DNA from: a virus
IMG/VR virus record: IMGVR_UViG_3300008952_001422
Span: 63,032-127,031 of that record
Length of the DNA stretch: 64,000 nucleotides
Strand: one strand, 5' to 3'
The notes below the pieces were generated by a model, which saw only the letters and a list, made by a program, of their open reading frames with translations, ran no database searches and was not told where the DNA came from. Below are positions 51,135-59,931 of this stretch, in pieces; position 1 is the first letter of the stretch; every line of letters starts with the position of its first letter. The position numbers and the translations under genes are program-made.

Positions 51135-51228
51135 GTTTCTTTAGTTCCGCTAAACGTTTCTTCATTGCACGTTCTTGTTTAAACCATGTCCATGGATAGA
51201 TTAGAGTACGCCATATCTTCTTTATCAT
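51112..51228 (-). CDS. small basic protein upstream of the carbamoyltransferase
   Basis: Hand translation MIKKIWRTLIYPWTWFKQERAMKKRLAELKKRDPFIYK; ATGA overlap with 51225. Confidence 0.6.
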   Translation of the reverse strand: MIKKIWRTLIYPWTWFKQERAMKKRLAELKKRDPFIYK

Positions 51229-51956
51229 TTTTTCATTCCTCGTGTATTTTCAATATCAGCAAACAAAATATCAGCCCAATCCTTATGAGCCTCTTCGTTT
51301 GGATGCATGTATCGTTCATCTCCTTCTACTGGAAAGAACATTTTCTTATCGTACATGTAAGTAAAGAATGTTTGGTCTTCATATATACGAGTCATATCTA
51401 ATTGAGCCAATACATCTTTCATATCCGCTTGTTCGCATAACTCTGTAAAGTTTGTTGGTTCAAGTAGATTTGGTGTCAAGTTAAGACTGTTGAATATAAT
51501 ATATTCTAAATCATTAGCAACACAAAAGTTTTGTAGTGTTAATACTTGAATAAGATAATTGTGAAAGTCATAAACAGGTGACCAGAAATGTTTCATATAC
51601 AATTTGTTAAACTTATCTAAATCAGTATTTGTTTTTTCATCTAGTCTGATATTGCCGTGATATTCGTGTGATGGTATATTATGAATTAATATATTTTTAC
51701 TTTCAATGAAATGTTCTCTGCGATTTGGTGCAGATAAGCCAATTGCTACAAATGGTTTCTTTCCATTTGAAACATACTCTGAAACTTTTGTTATAGTTTG
51801 TCTAACAATGTATTGATTGCTAATTCCTCGTTCTGCGTCAGTTACTACATCTTCTTTGCTTATTTCGAGTCTCTCAGCCAACATAAAAGGCCATGCTTTG
51901 TCCTTATGTGCTAGTCCAGTACCATATGTGAAACTACATCCGTTTGCGTATAACAT
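51225..51956 (-). CDS. SGNH/GDSL-hydrolase-like protein
   Basis: ANGCSFT, G.SN, HPNEEAH. Confidence 0.7.
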   Translation of the reverse strand: MLYANGCSFTYGTGLAHKDKAWPFMLAERLEISKEDVVTDAERGISNQYIVRQTITKVSEYVSNGKKPFVAIGLSAPNRREHFIESKNILIHNIPSHEYHGNIRLDEKTNTDLDKFNKLYMKHFWSPVYDFHNYLIQVLTLQNFCVANDLEYIIFNSLNLTPNLLEPTNFTELCEQADMKDVLAQLDMTRIYEDQTFFTYMYDKKMFFPVEGDERYMHPNEEAHKDWADILFADIENTRGMKK

Positions 51957-51966
51957 TATTATACTC

Positions 51967-52293
51967 CTATTCTTTCATAGTGAATGATTCACCACATCCA
52001 CAAGTAGAGCCCTCAAGTGGATTATTAAATGAAAATCCACTGTTTATTCCTTCTGTTTGATAATCTAGTTCTGTGCCGTCAACCATTAGTAATGATTTAC
52101 TATCAACAACAATAGTTACTCCGTTTGATTCAAATACAGTATCATCGTCATTAGTTTCATCAGCAAATTCTATTCCGTATGCATATCCTGAGCAACCAGT
52201 AGTTGTTATTTTAACTCTGATACCTATTCCAGATTCTCTGTTTTCTAAGAAATGATTTACTCTTTTTGCACCCTCATCAGTTATTGTAATCAT
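51967..52293 (-). CDS. iscA: A-type Fe-S carrier IscA
   Basis: TTGCSG, F.NP....CGCGESF. Confidence 0.95.
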   Translation of the reverse strand: MITITDEGAKRVNHFLENRESGIGIRVKITTTGCSGYAYGIEFADETNDDDTVFESNGVTIVVDSKSLLMVDGTELDYQTEGINSGFSFNNPLEGSTCGCGESFTMKE

Positions 52294-52674
52294 TTAGTTT
52301 AATTGCTTCTTTCTATAATCAGCAATTGCGGCTTTAATTGAGTCTTCCGCAAGTACACTACAATGGATTTTAACTGGTGGTAAAGAAAGTGCTTCTACAA
52401 TTGTTGTATTTTTAACTTCTTTTGCTTCTTCTAAAGTCATGCCTTTAATCATTTCAGTAACCATACTTGAACTAGCAATAGCACTACCACATCCATATGC
52501 TTTAAACTTTGCATCAGTGATAATTCCATCTTCAACTTGTATCTGGAGTTTCATAACATCTCCACATGCTGGAGCACCAACCATTCCAGTTCCAATTGAA
52601 TCGATTTTAGGGTCAAACTTACCTACATTACGAGGATTCTCGTAGTGGTCTAAAACTTCTTTTGAATATGCCAT
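52294..52674 (-). CDS. iscU: Fe-S scaffold IscU
   Basis: DHYENPRNVG, APACGD, GCGSAIAS, LPPVKIHC. Confidence 0.97.
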   Translation of the reverse strand: MAYSKEVLDHYENPRNVGKFDPKIDSIGTGMVGAPACGDVMKLQIQVEDGIITDAKFKAYGCGSAIASSSMVTEMIKGMTLEEAKEVKNTTIVEALSLPPVKIHCSVLAEDSIKAAIADYRKKQLN

Positions 52675-52741
52675 TTATTTCTCCTAATTTAACTATTTAT
52701 TCTTTATATTATAACAGATTTTATACTAAAAGTCTACCACT

Positions 52742-53482
52742 TTAAAATATTATTAATAATGCTTTAGAAGATGGACTGTCTGTAATTACAAGTCTACCTG
52801 CACTATCTCCTTTAGATGGAGATTTACCATAAATTTTAGGTATATTATTCTTATATTTTGCTTCTGGATTAAATGTTTGGTCATTACGTCTAGCACGTAA
52901 TCTAAAATATAAATCTTTATTTTCTGCATAGTGTTTTGATGTATATAAAGAACCATTAACTGTTACTGTATCACCATTTTGTTCATGTGTGACATCCATT
53001 GGACCAATATACATAAAATCAATAGGACCGCCCATTGCTGTTGTTCCAACAACAAGCAACATTTTATCTTTATCGTTTAGTTTTCCTACTGTATCGGGAA
53101 TCTTATCTCCTGCTTTATAACCCTTATCTAATAGATTATTATAAGCCGCAGTAAAAAAGTTTTCACCAATATCTGGAATAATCGCTTGAATACCACGAAG
53201 TCCACCACCTGCTAATGAGGGTGCTGATGGACCTTTCATTGAAAGATTTAAATCACCATTAGTTGTTTTAAGTACAATATCTGTATATGGTTCTGAACCC
53301 GAGTCTTGTCTACCCATATACTTTACTACATCAGTTACACCATTAATAGTTGTATTGCCTGCTATTAAATTAACAGGTTTGCCGTCATTATTAGCAATGG
53401 CATTTGTAATTGATTTTACAAAACCATTCTCTTGTCTTTCTGCATTTATACCTGCTTCGTGTAAAAATTCGTATGCTCTCAC
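52742..53482 (-). CDS. putative virion-internal protein, PD-(D/E)xK-like
   Basis: MRAYEFLHEA leader; EPYTDIV...LSMK. Confidence 0.5.
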   Translation of the reverse strand: MRAYEFLHEAGINAERQENGFVKSITNAIANNDGKPVNLIAGNTTINGVTDVVKYMGRQDSGSEPYTDIVLKTTNGDLNLSMKGPSAPSLAGGGLRGIQAIIPDIGENFFTAAYNNLLDKGYKAGDKIPDTVGKLNDKDKMLLVVGTTAMGGPIDFMYIGPMDVTHEQNGDTVTVNGSLYTSKHYAENKDLYFRLRARRNDQTFNPEAKYKNNIPKIYGKSPSKGDSAGRLVITDSPSSKALLIIF

Positions 53483-53490
53483 GTTTTCTC

Positions 53491-54810
53491 CTATCCAACT
53501 AATTTAAAATTGGCTTTGCCTTTAATGCCAGTTGCGTAATAATTTTTCTGTGTCCATAAAACAATTTCACCTTTATAAACTATTGGAAATTTAGTAGAGT
53601 ATGATAATTTAAGGTCTTTTGTTCCCCATAATTGACCATTAGTTAATAACTGAATATATGAATTGTTATTGAGTGCGGCTAATACAGCCTTACCAAATTC
53701 TTTTCCGGAGTTAACAATTGCTGATAACTGATTAGTAATTCCCATCATTAAGTGAAAGAATACACGATAGCCAGATGATTGTGTTGTACTGGCTTGATTA
53801 CTTAGTATTTCTTTAAGACGAGAAGATAACTGCGAAACTTCAAGAGATTTTCCTGTTTCCATTATGACTTTATCTTCCTCTTTGATAATTCCAAGTTCTA
53901 CTGCAAGTGTTAATGGACCTAGTATTGCTGACTTCTCTACTAGTGTTTTAATAATATGTGTACCGGATGGATATGCCTTTTCAATTTCTGGTGTTATTTT
54001 TAAACCCGATAAGGCACTAGCCGCTCCACCACCAGTTTTTTGCTTACTACTTATTTTCATTTCAATACCGTTTGGAAATTGAACAATACTATCTATAAGT
54101 GTTTGAGTTGTGCTACGTGGAAACATTATTTTACTACCAGTAAATGACGTTTGATTATGAGCCTTCAGTGCCGATGTAACATCACTATCTGTTATGTTAT
54201 TGGCTATTAGTGCTAATGGTCCAAGATATTCGCCTGCATATTTTTGTATAATACCGAGATGTTCACCGCCGTCTTTAATAGGTTGATTAATGTTGTTAGA
54301 TTGTGCTATATTAACTGCTTGTATAATAGGATTGGCAAGTGATTTAGGAATTCCAGGTTGTTTCATGCCATTAATAATCATTGTTGCTACTTCATTAGCA
54401 TTACGATAATTTTCATCAGGAATTAGATTCGAAGGTTTAATTGGAATAGTTTCACTTTCTTGTCCGCCACCAGCAAAATCATTTGTTTTTTGTAATTTGC
54501 TTAGAAGAATCCATTCTTTTGCCGTCGGGTCAAACTTATCTGTTTCGTCATCATTAGATACATCAGTGTCATCATTAGCAATTGGAAATGCAATCCAGTT
54601 CGGATGTTGCGGATGTACAGGCCATTTCGGTGTTGAAAGACCCAAGTCTGATATTATTTTAGGATTATTGTCCAATACCACAGTACCACCAGAAACTAAT
54701 TCAAATTTGTCACCACTCTTTATCTTTGAAATAAAGCGTTGTAAATTATCACGTTTACTTAGTTCTTCTGGTTTTAGTGATTTCTCATATAAGAATTCGT
54801 AGGCTCTCAT
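53491..54810 (-). CDS. putative virion-internal protein, PD-(D/E)xK-like
   Basis: MRAYEFLYEK leader; GEYLGP, LIDS...ISSK. Confidence 0.5.
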   Translation of the reverse strand: MRAYEFLYEKSLKPEELSKRDNLQRFISKIKSGDKFELVSGGTVVLDNNPKIISDLGLSTPKWPVHPQHPNWIAFPIANDDTDVSNDDETDKFDPTAKEWILLSKLQKTNDFAGGGQESETIPIKPSNLIPDENYRNANEVATMIINGMKQPGIPKSLANPIIQAVNIAQSNNINQPIKDGGEHLGIIQKYAGEYLGPLALIANNITDSDVTSALKAHNQTSFTGSKIMFPRSTTQTLIDSIVQFPNGIEMKISSKQKTGGGAASALSGLKITPEIEKAYPSGTHIIKTLVEKSAILGPLTLAVELGIIKEEDKVIMETGKSLEVSQLSSRLKEILSNQASTTQSSGYRVFFHLMMGITNQLSAIVNSGKEFGKAVLAALNNNSYIQLLTNGQLWGTKDLKLSYSTKFPIVYKGEIVLWTQKNYYATGIKGKANFKLVG

Positions 54811-54844
54811 TTGTTCTCCTGATTAAATAATGATTGCTATACTC

Positions 54845-54852
54845 TATTTATC
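54845..54852 (-). promoter_or_regulatory. late-type promoter candidate
   Basis: GATAAATA on - strand ~35 nt upstream of 54810. Confidence 0.5.
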
Positions 54853-54855
54853 AGG

Positions 54856-54978
54856 CTATTTCTTATAATTGGGTGGATAATTAGTGGGCAACATATTACT
54901 CTTCCGACTAGGAACTCTTGCGAATTTACGCACTGGTTTTGGTTTAGGTTTACAGAATAATCTTTTTAGCCACTTCAT
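54856..54978 (-). CDS. small basic peptide
   Basis: Hand translation MKWLKRLFCKPKPKPVRKFARVPSRKSNMLPTNYPPNYKK; GATAAATA 6 nt upstream. Confidence 0.35.
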   Translation of the reverse strand: MKWLKRLFCKPKPKPVRKFARVPSRKSNMLPTNYPPNYKK

Positions 54979-55049
54979 GTACAATATTTATCGACTATTT
55001 CTCAATATATCAGTGTCTATTTCTTGAAGGATACACTATAAATAATAGT

Positions 55050-55607
55050 ATGAGAGAGGTTTATGCAATACAATACAGTTCGTATTTGACCAATGCTGGA
55101 GAATTCCTCTCGTCATTTATCAGCAAACATTCAGGCTTTGACGATACAAAAACTCTATTAACTACACATACTTTGTTGCAAGACCATGGCAATCAGTCTC
55201 AATCCCACACAACTACAATTATTGTTCCTTTTATTCATCTACATTTCCGTGAAAGAATGATAAAGAGTTGGGAGCAGTTAGAAGGTTTTGATGTGAAAGT
55301 TGCTACTTATGAATTCGACAAACAATATAGAATGATAAACGATTACTTATATGATACTGGTCATAAACATGGAAATCCATATAAAGACTTTAGAGATGAA
55401 CGATTGAACAGCAGACATTGTAGTTGTAATTTAGAGTTTATTGACGTTGGAAGATTACTTATGTACAATGATTCTGAATATGATAAACTAGTTAAGACTT
55501 TAAACACGGAGCCATTATCTAGAAAAGATACTCCTTGTTGTAATAGTTGGAAAGAATATATTGAACAATATATTAATAATAAACTAATTATTGATATGGG
55601 ACTATAA
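55050..55607 (+). CDS. hypothetical protein, inverted relative to neighbours
   Basis: 185 aa; TATAAATA at 55037-55044. Confidence 0.55.
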   Translation: MREVYAIQYSSYLTNAGEFLSSFISKHSGFDDTKTLLTTHTLLQDHGNQSQSHTTTIIVPFIHLHFRERMIKSWEQLEGFDVKVATYEFDKQYRMINDYLYDTGHKHGNPYKDFRDERLNSRHCSCNLEFIDVGRLLMYNDSEYDKLVKTLNTEPLSRKDTPCCNSWKEYIEQYINNKLIIDMGL

Positions 55608-55612
55608 GAGTT

Positions 55613-55831
55613 TTATTTTCTTTTAAATCCAGCGTAACGATTTTTAAATTTCTCAACTCGTCCAGCAGTATCCATAACCCTAGATTTTCCTGTAAAGAAC
55701 GGATGACATTTAGAACATACATCTAAATTCATTTTTTCTGTTGTGAGAGTCGACCGTGTTATCCAGGTGTTGCCGCAACTACATACAACCTCAATAGTCT
55801 TATAAGTAGGATGTATGTTCTTCTTTGGCAA
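55613..55831 (-). CDS. rpmE: 50S ribosomal protein bL31 (Zn-binding type)
   Basis: [32 protein letters not shown]. Confidence 0.95.
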   Translation of the reverse strand: MPKKNIHPTYKTIEVVCSCGNTWITRSTLTTEKMNLDVCSKCHPFFTGKSRVMDTAGRVEKFKNRYAGFKRK

Positions 55832-55843
55832 CGTCCTTTCCGG

Positions 55844-56050
55844 TTAATAACCTGCTTTGTAAATATTGTTTTGGTATTCCCTTGCTTCTTCCAAAGTTTT
55901 AATTTCTTTTTGTTTACGTTTTATTGGTTTGTCAGGTGTAAACGGACTTAAAGGAGGCATAGGACTAGGTCTTATACTTTGGTCTTTTTGTTTTTGAGAT
56001 TTTTGTTTTACTCTCTTAAGTAATTCTTTTATTTCTTTGATTGTTGGCAT
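55844..56050 (-). CDS. basic hypothetical protein
   Basis: 68 aa ORF. Confidence 0.5.
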   Translation of the reverse strand: MPTIKEIKELLKRVKQKSQKQKDQSIRPSPMPPLSPFTPDKPIKRKQKEIKTLEEAREYQNNIYKAGY

Positions 56051-56221
56051 TTTGATTCTAAAATGTCTCCTCTAAACCCGTCTTTTAAAAACTGAGCAAG
56101 AGTGGGAAGTCCCACGCTTTTTTATGCGGTCGTTTGGTTCACCCGCCTTCTCGTCTAGTTGTAACTACTTTTATTTATCAATCTTTTAATTAACTTCTTA
56201 CTTATCGTTCATAATGAGCGA

Positions 56222-56371
56222 TTACTTCTGTCTTGCATCTTTATTCTCTTTCTTTACAAACCCATAATCAATTAAATATTTGTGTCCACAATTAATACAA
56301 GGACCAGGCATTGGTGTAATATATCTACATCCACATTGTAAACATTTCATATCGTGTTCTATTTGTTTCAT
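56222..56371 (-). CDS. small Zn-ribbon-like protein
   Basis: Hand translation MKQIEHDMKCLQCGCRYITPMPGPCINCGHKYL...; start overlaps the upstream stop. Confidence 0.5.
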   Translation of the reverse strand: MKQIEHDMKCLQCGCRYITPMPGPCINCGHKYLIDYGFVKKENKDARQK

Positions 56372-57138
56372 TAAAAGAATTCCTTTAATATTAAGTCAGC
56401 AAATGCTCTATGTGTTTTTGGACCTGAATGTCGACCATCTATTGCACTGTCTTTTTGAATATCGTCATGTCGTAACATCTTACTAACAAATGAAATATCA
56501 CTTTCAAAGTTTGGGTCTTTAAGAAAATCATACTCATGCCAAGATTTCATATTGATTAATGATTTATTATTATTATATTGTGAGTTCATTAATGGTGGAC
56601 AATGAATTGATTTAACGCCTTGTGCTTTTAAAGTTAGATGAGCATAATTCATATACCATCTTATAACTATAATAGCATCACTATCTGAATGAATATACTT
56701 GTAATATTGTTTAGCAATTTTTTCAGTATCGGTTGGTATTATATTATATAAATCAGGCCAGTGCGATGTTATATTAAGGGAACCAAATGTTTTATCACCT
56801 GTTTTTCTACCCTCTGATATTCCTCTTTCATCAATATGACAGGTAAATATAGCATGTCTTTCTATATAAGTCCAGTGTATAATAACTATATCATCTTTAT
56901 TAATTTCAGACTGATTTAGTTTTATTTGTTGGAGTATATGTTTATTACTAGCACCTGGTCGAGATAAATTAATTACTTCTTTACCCACTGTATCGCCAAT
57001 TAATTGTGGATAAGCAAACTTTGAGGGTTCTTTTCCTGGGGCATAGAAGCCATCTTTTTTTATATAACAATCTTCTAAGCCATGACCAAATGTCTCACTA
57101 CATCCAAATGCCCATATTCTTGGATTCCATTCTATCAT
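56371..57138 (-). CDS. SGNH-hydrolase-like protein
   Basis: FGCSETFG, PGASN, DGRHSG. Confidence 0.65.
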   Translation of the reverse strand: MIEWNPRIWAFGCSETFGHGLEDCYIKKDGFYAPGKEPSKFAYPQLIGDTVGKEVINLSRPGASNKHILQQIKLNQSEINKDDIVIIHWTYIERHAIFTCHIDERGISEGRKTGDKTFGSLNITSHWPDLYNIIPTDTEKIAKQYYKYIHSDSDAIIVIRWYMNYAHLTLKAQGVKSIHCPPLMNSQYNNNKSLINMKSWHEYDFLKDPNFESDISFVSKMLRHDDIQKDSAIDGRHSGPKTHRAFADLILKEFF

Positions 57139-57605
57139 AGTCCATACCTTTTAATCACATCTTCGTTAAAATGCAAGTCAGGATATGCTTCTATCATCTT
57201 TTCAATAACACTTAAAATAGTATTAGCATCGTCTCCCCACTTTGTAATGCGATAATTATAATCAAATGCTGTTAGAGGTTCAAACATTGCATTAGTATCA
57301 TCGAATCTTCCTTTCTTAATTGTATCCATCCATACAGTGAAGTCTGCATCAAACTCTTTTCTTGTTTCTTTTGTAGGACAAATGAAATCAGCAACTACAG
57401 TTTGTCCTGCTTTGACTACAACATCGGCTAAGAACTTCATTCTGTCTGCTTGTCGCATTCTACCTTCTTTGCTGAAATCGAAATCGTTATAGTCACTTCT
57501 TACTACATCAGCATTTAGCCAATAAGCACCAAGTCCTTCTGCTATAGGTTTTGCTAGTGTTGTTTTACCACTTCCAGGTAATCCACATATTAGTATTTTA
57601 ATCAT
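57135..57605 (-). CDS. cysC: adenylylsulfate kinase-like protein
   Basis: GLPGSGKTT, LNADVVR, DFSKEGR.RQA, DFICP. Confidence 0.75.
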   Translation of the reverse strand: MIKILICGLPGSGKTTLAKPIAEGLGAYWLNADVVRSDYNDFDFSKEGRMRQADRMKFLADVVVKAGQTVVADFICPTKETRKEFDADFTVWMDTIKKGRFDDTNAMFEPLTAFDYNYRITKWGDDANTILSVIEKMIEAYPDLHFNEDVIKRYGL

Positions 57606-58375
57606 TATCTTTTCTTTATTAAGTTAGTGAAATTATTTATGTCTGTGATAACTCCATCAGTAATCTTCATGGACCATTGATGTGTTGAATAAAATTTGAT
57701 TGCATACTCATACAACTCATCGTAGTTCGCTATAGTAATTTTCTTAGATTTAGCCTGCTTCACACTAGATTTAATATCATGAATAGGAGCAAGTCCAGTC
57801 AACCTTGCGTCTGTTGAATCAAATGCCAAGTCTTCGTAATATATAATTTTATCACATTGTATATCTTTCTGTGCAAACATTACTTCGTATATGGCGAGAA
57901 CTTTATAGCAGTATTCTACGAAATCATCCATTGGTATAGTAACAGTAGTATTCTTATAGGGTGGACGAAACGAGCCAATTTCACTTGGGTCAAGACGCCA
58001 ATTATGAAATGCTAACGCAAAACTCAACGCAACCTCTACTATGTTTAATCTAATTAGTCCTATTGTGTAATCAGCCACTTGTGTGAATTGTTGAACTAAT
58101 GGCAACATATCATCATTTGGCACATTACAGTATTTGAATTGTTTAACTGACGTATCAATTGGATAAAGCCAATTTGGATGCGTCTTAAACACCATAGAGT
58201 CTATTGCACTAAATTCATTTATATTATCAATTAATTCTTGCGAACCTGGACTGTTTTCATCATCACGTTCTTCAAACGGAGACGGTACAATAGGTATGCC
58301 TCGCATACCACTAATTAATGATTCTAGATAATGTGTACCACTTCTAGCGGTAGAAAATATGTGAATTTTATTCAT
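57605..58375 (-). CDS. sulfotransferase-like protein
   Basis: 5'-PSB-like ARSGTHYL, R.N....ALS, YYEDL, NYDEL. Confidence 0.65.
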   Translation of the reverse strand: MNKIHIFSTARSGTHYLESLISGMRGIPIVPSPFEERDDENSPGSQELIDNINEFSAIDSMVFKTHPNWLYPIDTSVKQFKYCNVPNDDMLPLVQQFTQVADYTIGLIRLNIVEVALSFALAFHNWRLDPSEIGSFRPPYKNTTVTIPMDDFVEYCYKVLAIYEVMFAQKDIQCDKIIYYEDLAFDSTDARLTGLAPIHDIKSSVKQAKSKKITIANYDELYEYAIKFYSTHQWSMKITDGVITDINNFTNLIKKR

Positions 58376-59259
58376 ATTAATTTTACAAAATAATTTTCAA
58401 CAAGCCAATACCAAATTTCTTTGTTTAGATGAACACCGTCAAAACATAGTGACTGATTTAAATTTAATTTTTTGCCTCTGTTAAATTGTTTTGCTAATAA
58501 ATTTGAAGATAAAGGTTTCTTATAAGGAATTACTTTTAAAAACTCTTTTACTCTTTTATTTTTTAAGACAATAGGAGGAACATGTGGGCCGTAATCTATG
58601 TTAAACCAACAAACATTATATCCTAAGTTTGTTAAATAACCATGTATAGACATACAACATAATAAAATTTCTTCCTCTGGCACTACACTGTTTAGTGAAT
58701 TCATAACATTTTGAAATCCAATATAGTCTTCCTTAAAAGATGGTGAAAGTTTCATCTCTCTTGCTTTGAACTTCTCACTCGTTATCTTCCAAAAATCTTT
58801 ATCTCGAATATCCATATTGATTGGTATAGAATTATTATAAAATTCATTAGATGGCAAGTCTTGCCAATCACGTCCATTAAAGTAATCTTTTTTTAAAAAT
58901 GTTTTAAAGAACTTATATGAAGGAGTTTCATATGTTGCGGTTATTCTATTACTACAAGGGATTTCAATTAAAAAAGTTAAATCAATGTCTGGGTCCTTCT
59001 CAAGACAATTCATAATTCTATGATGATACGTTGATATTCCGTGTCCACCCATACCACAGTTTTCTACAATCCATGTTTCGTCTGGTCTTTCATTCAATTT
59101 GTTTTCTAAACGTTGGGTCCATCTTTCTGATTTTGTTTCAGCATAATGTCCTCTTACATAATCTGGATGATGGCAAATCTCTTTAAATGTACCATGAATA
59201 TCATTGACATGACTAGTCCCCAATACTATAAGTTTTTGTAGGACCTTGCCTTTTTTCAT
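58372..59259 (-). CDS. SGNH-hydrolase-like protein
   Basis: LGTSH, N.GMGG.G, FDGVH. Confidence 0.55.
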   Translation of the reverse strand: MKKGKVLQKLIVLGTSHVNDIHGTFKEICHHPDYVRGHYAETKSERWTQRLENKLNERPDETWIVENCGMGGHGISTYHHRIMNCLEKDPDIDLTFLIEIPCSNRITATYETPSYKFFKTFLKKDYFNGRDWQDLPSNEFYNNSIPINMDIRDKDFWKITSEKFKAREMKLSPSFKEDYIGFQNVMNSLNSVVPEEEILLCCMSIHGYLTNLGYNVCWFNIDYGPHVPPIVLKNKRVKEFLKVIPYKKPLSSNLLAKQFNRGKKLNLNQSLCFDGVHLNKEIWYWLVENYFVKLI

Positions 59260-59508
59260 CTTAAACCCTCTCTATGTTACCTATTTGCCATGCTTTGAAT
59301 TGTCTAAGATAAACTTTATGGTCTTCTAAGATAACTTCGTCTATTTGTTTTCCTTTATATCGTTCTACCCATTCGGCATACGACATTAAATGTTTGTTGT
59401 GTATATTGTATTTATAAGACAAAGGAATGTAAAGCGGCTAAAGTGAAAAGCCCTATGGAGATTGCTATACACATCTCAAGAAAATAATCAGTAAATGTTT
59501 TTTTCATA

Positions 59509-59778
59509 TTATGCTCCTAATTTTGCTATTATTAAACTGTCTTCTGGACCTAAAAAATCTATCTCATCTGGATTAATATCATCTGCATCAATTGGTTCTG
59601 GTCTTGCGTCTAATAAACAAACCAATGCGGCTTGTCCTGTATCATCTTGGGCTACTCTTGTTAATTCTTCCAATTGTGTTTGACATATTTCTTCTGTTTC
59701 ATATGATTCTATAGGAATAGTCATAATCTTTGGATTATCTGCACCAATGAATACTAATATTAATAGCCACTCTATCAT
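59509..59778 (-). CDS. small secreted/membrane protein
   Basis: N-terminal hydrophobic segment, Cys pair. Confidence 0.5.
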   Translation of the reverse strand: MIEWLLILVFIGADNPKIMTIPIESYETEEICQTQLEELTRVAQDDTGQAALVCLLDARPEPIDADDINPDEIDFLGPEDSLIIAKLGA

Positions 59779-59931
59779 AATTTCTTCTTCTTAGGTTTCT
59801 TTTTTTCTTTCTTAGGTTTATCACGATTTCCACCCTCAATCGCATCTGATAATGGTGCAACCGCTACTTTTGTAAGAATTTTTAATCCTTCAACTATTGC
59901 ATTAAAGGCTTCATCTAACGATGGTTCTTTT

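Noticed and set aside
56222-56371. Cys-rich peptide as RiPP precursor for the rSAM array
   Set aside because: CxxC...CxxC spacing fits a Zn ribbon, there is no leader/core structure, and it lies >11 kb from the rSAM genes.
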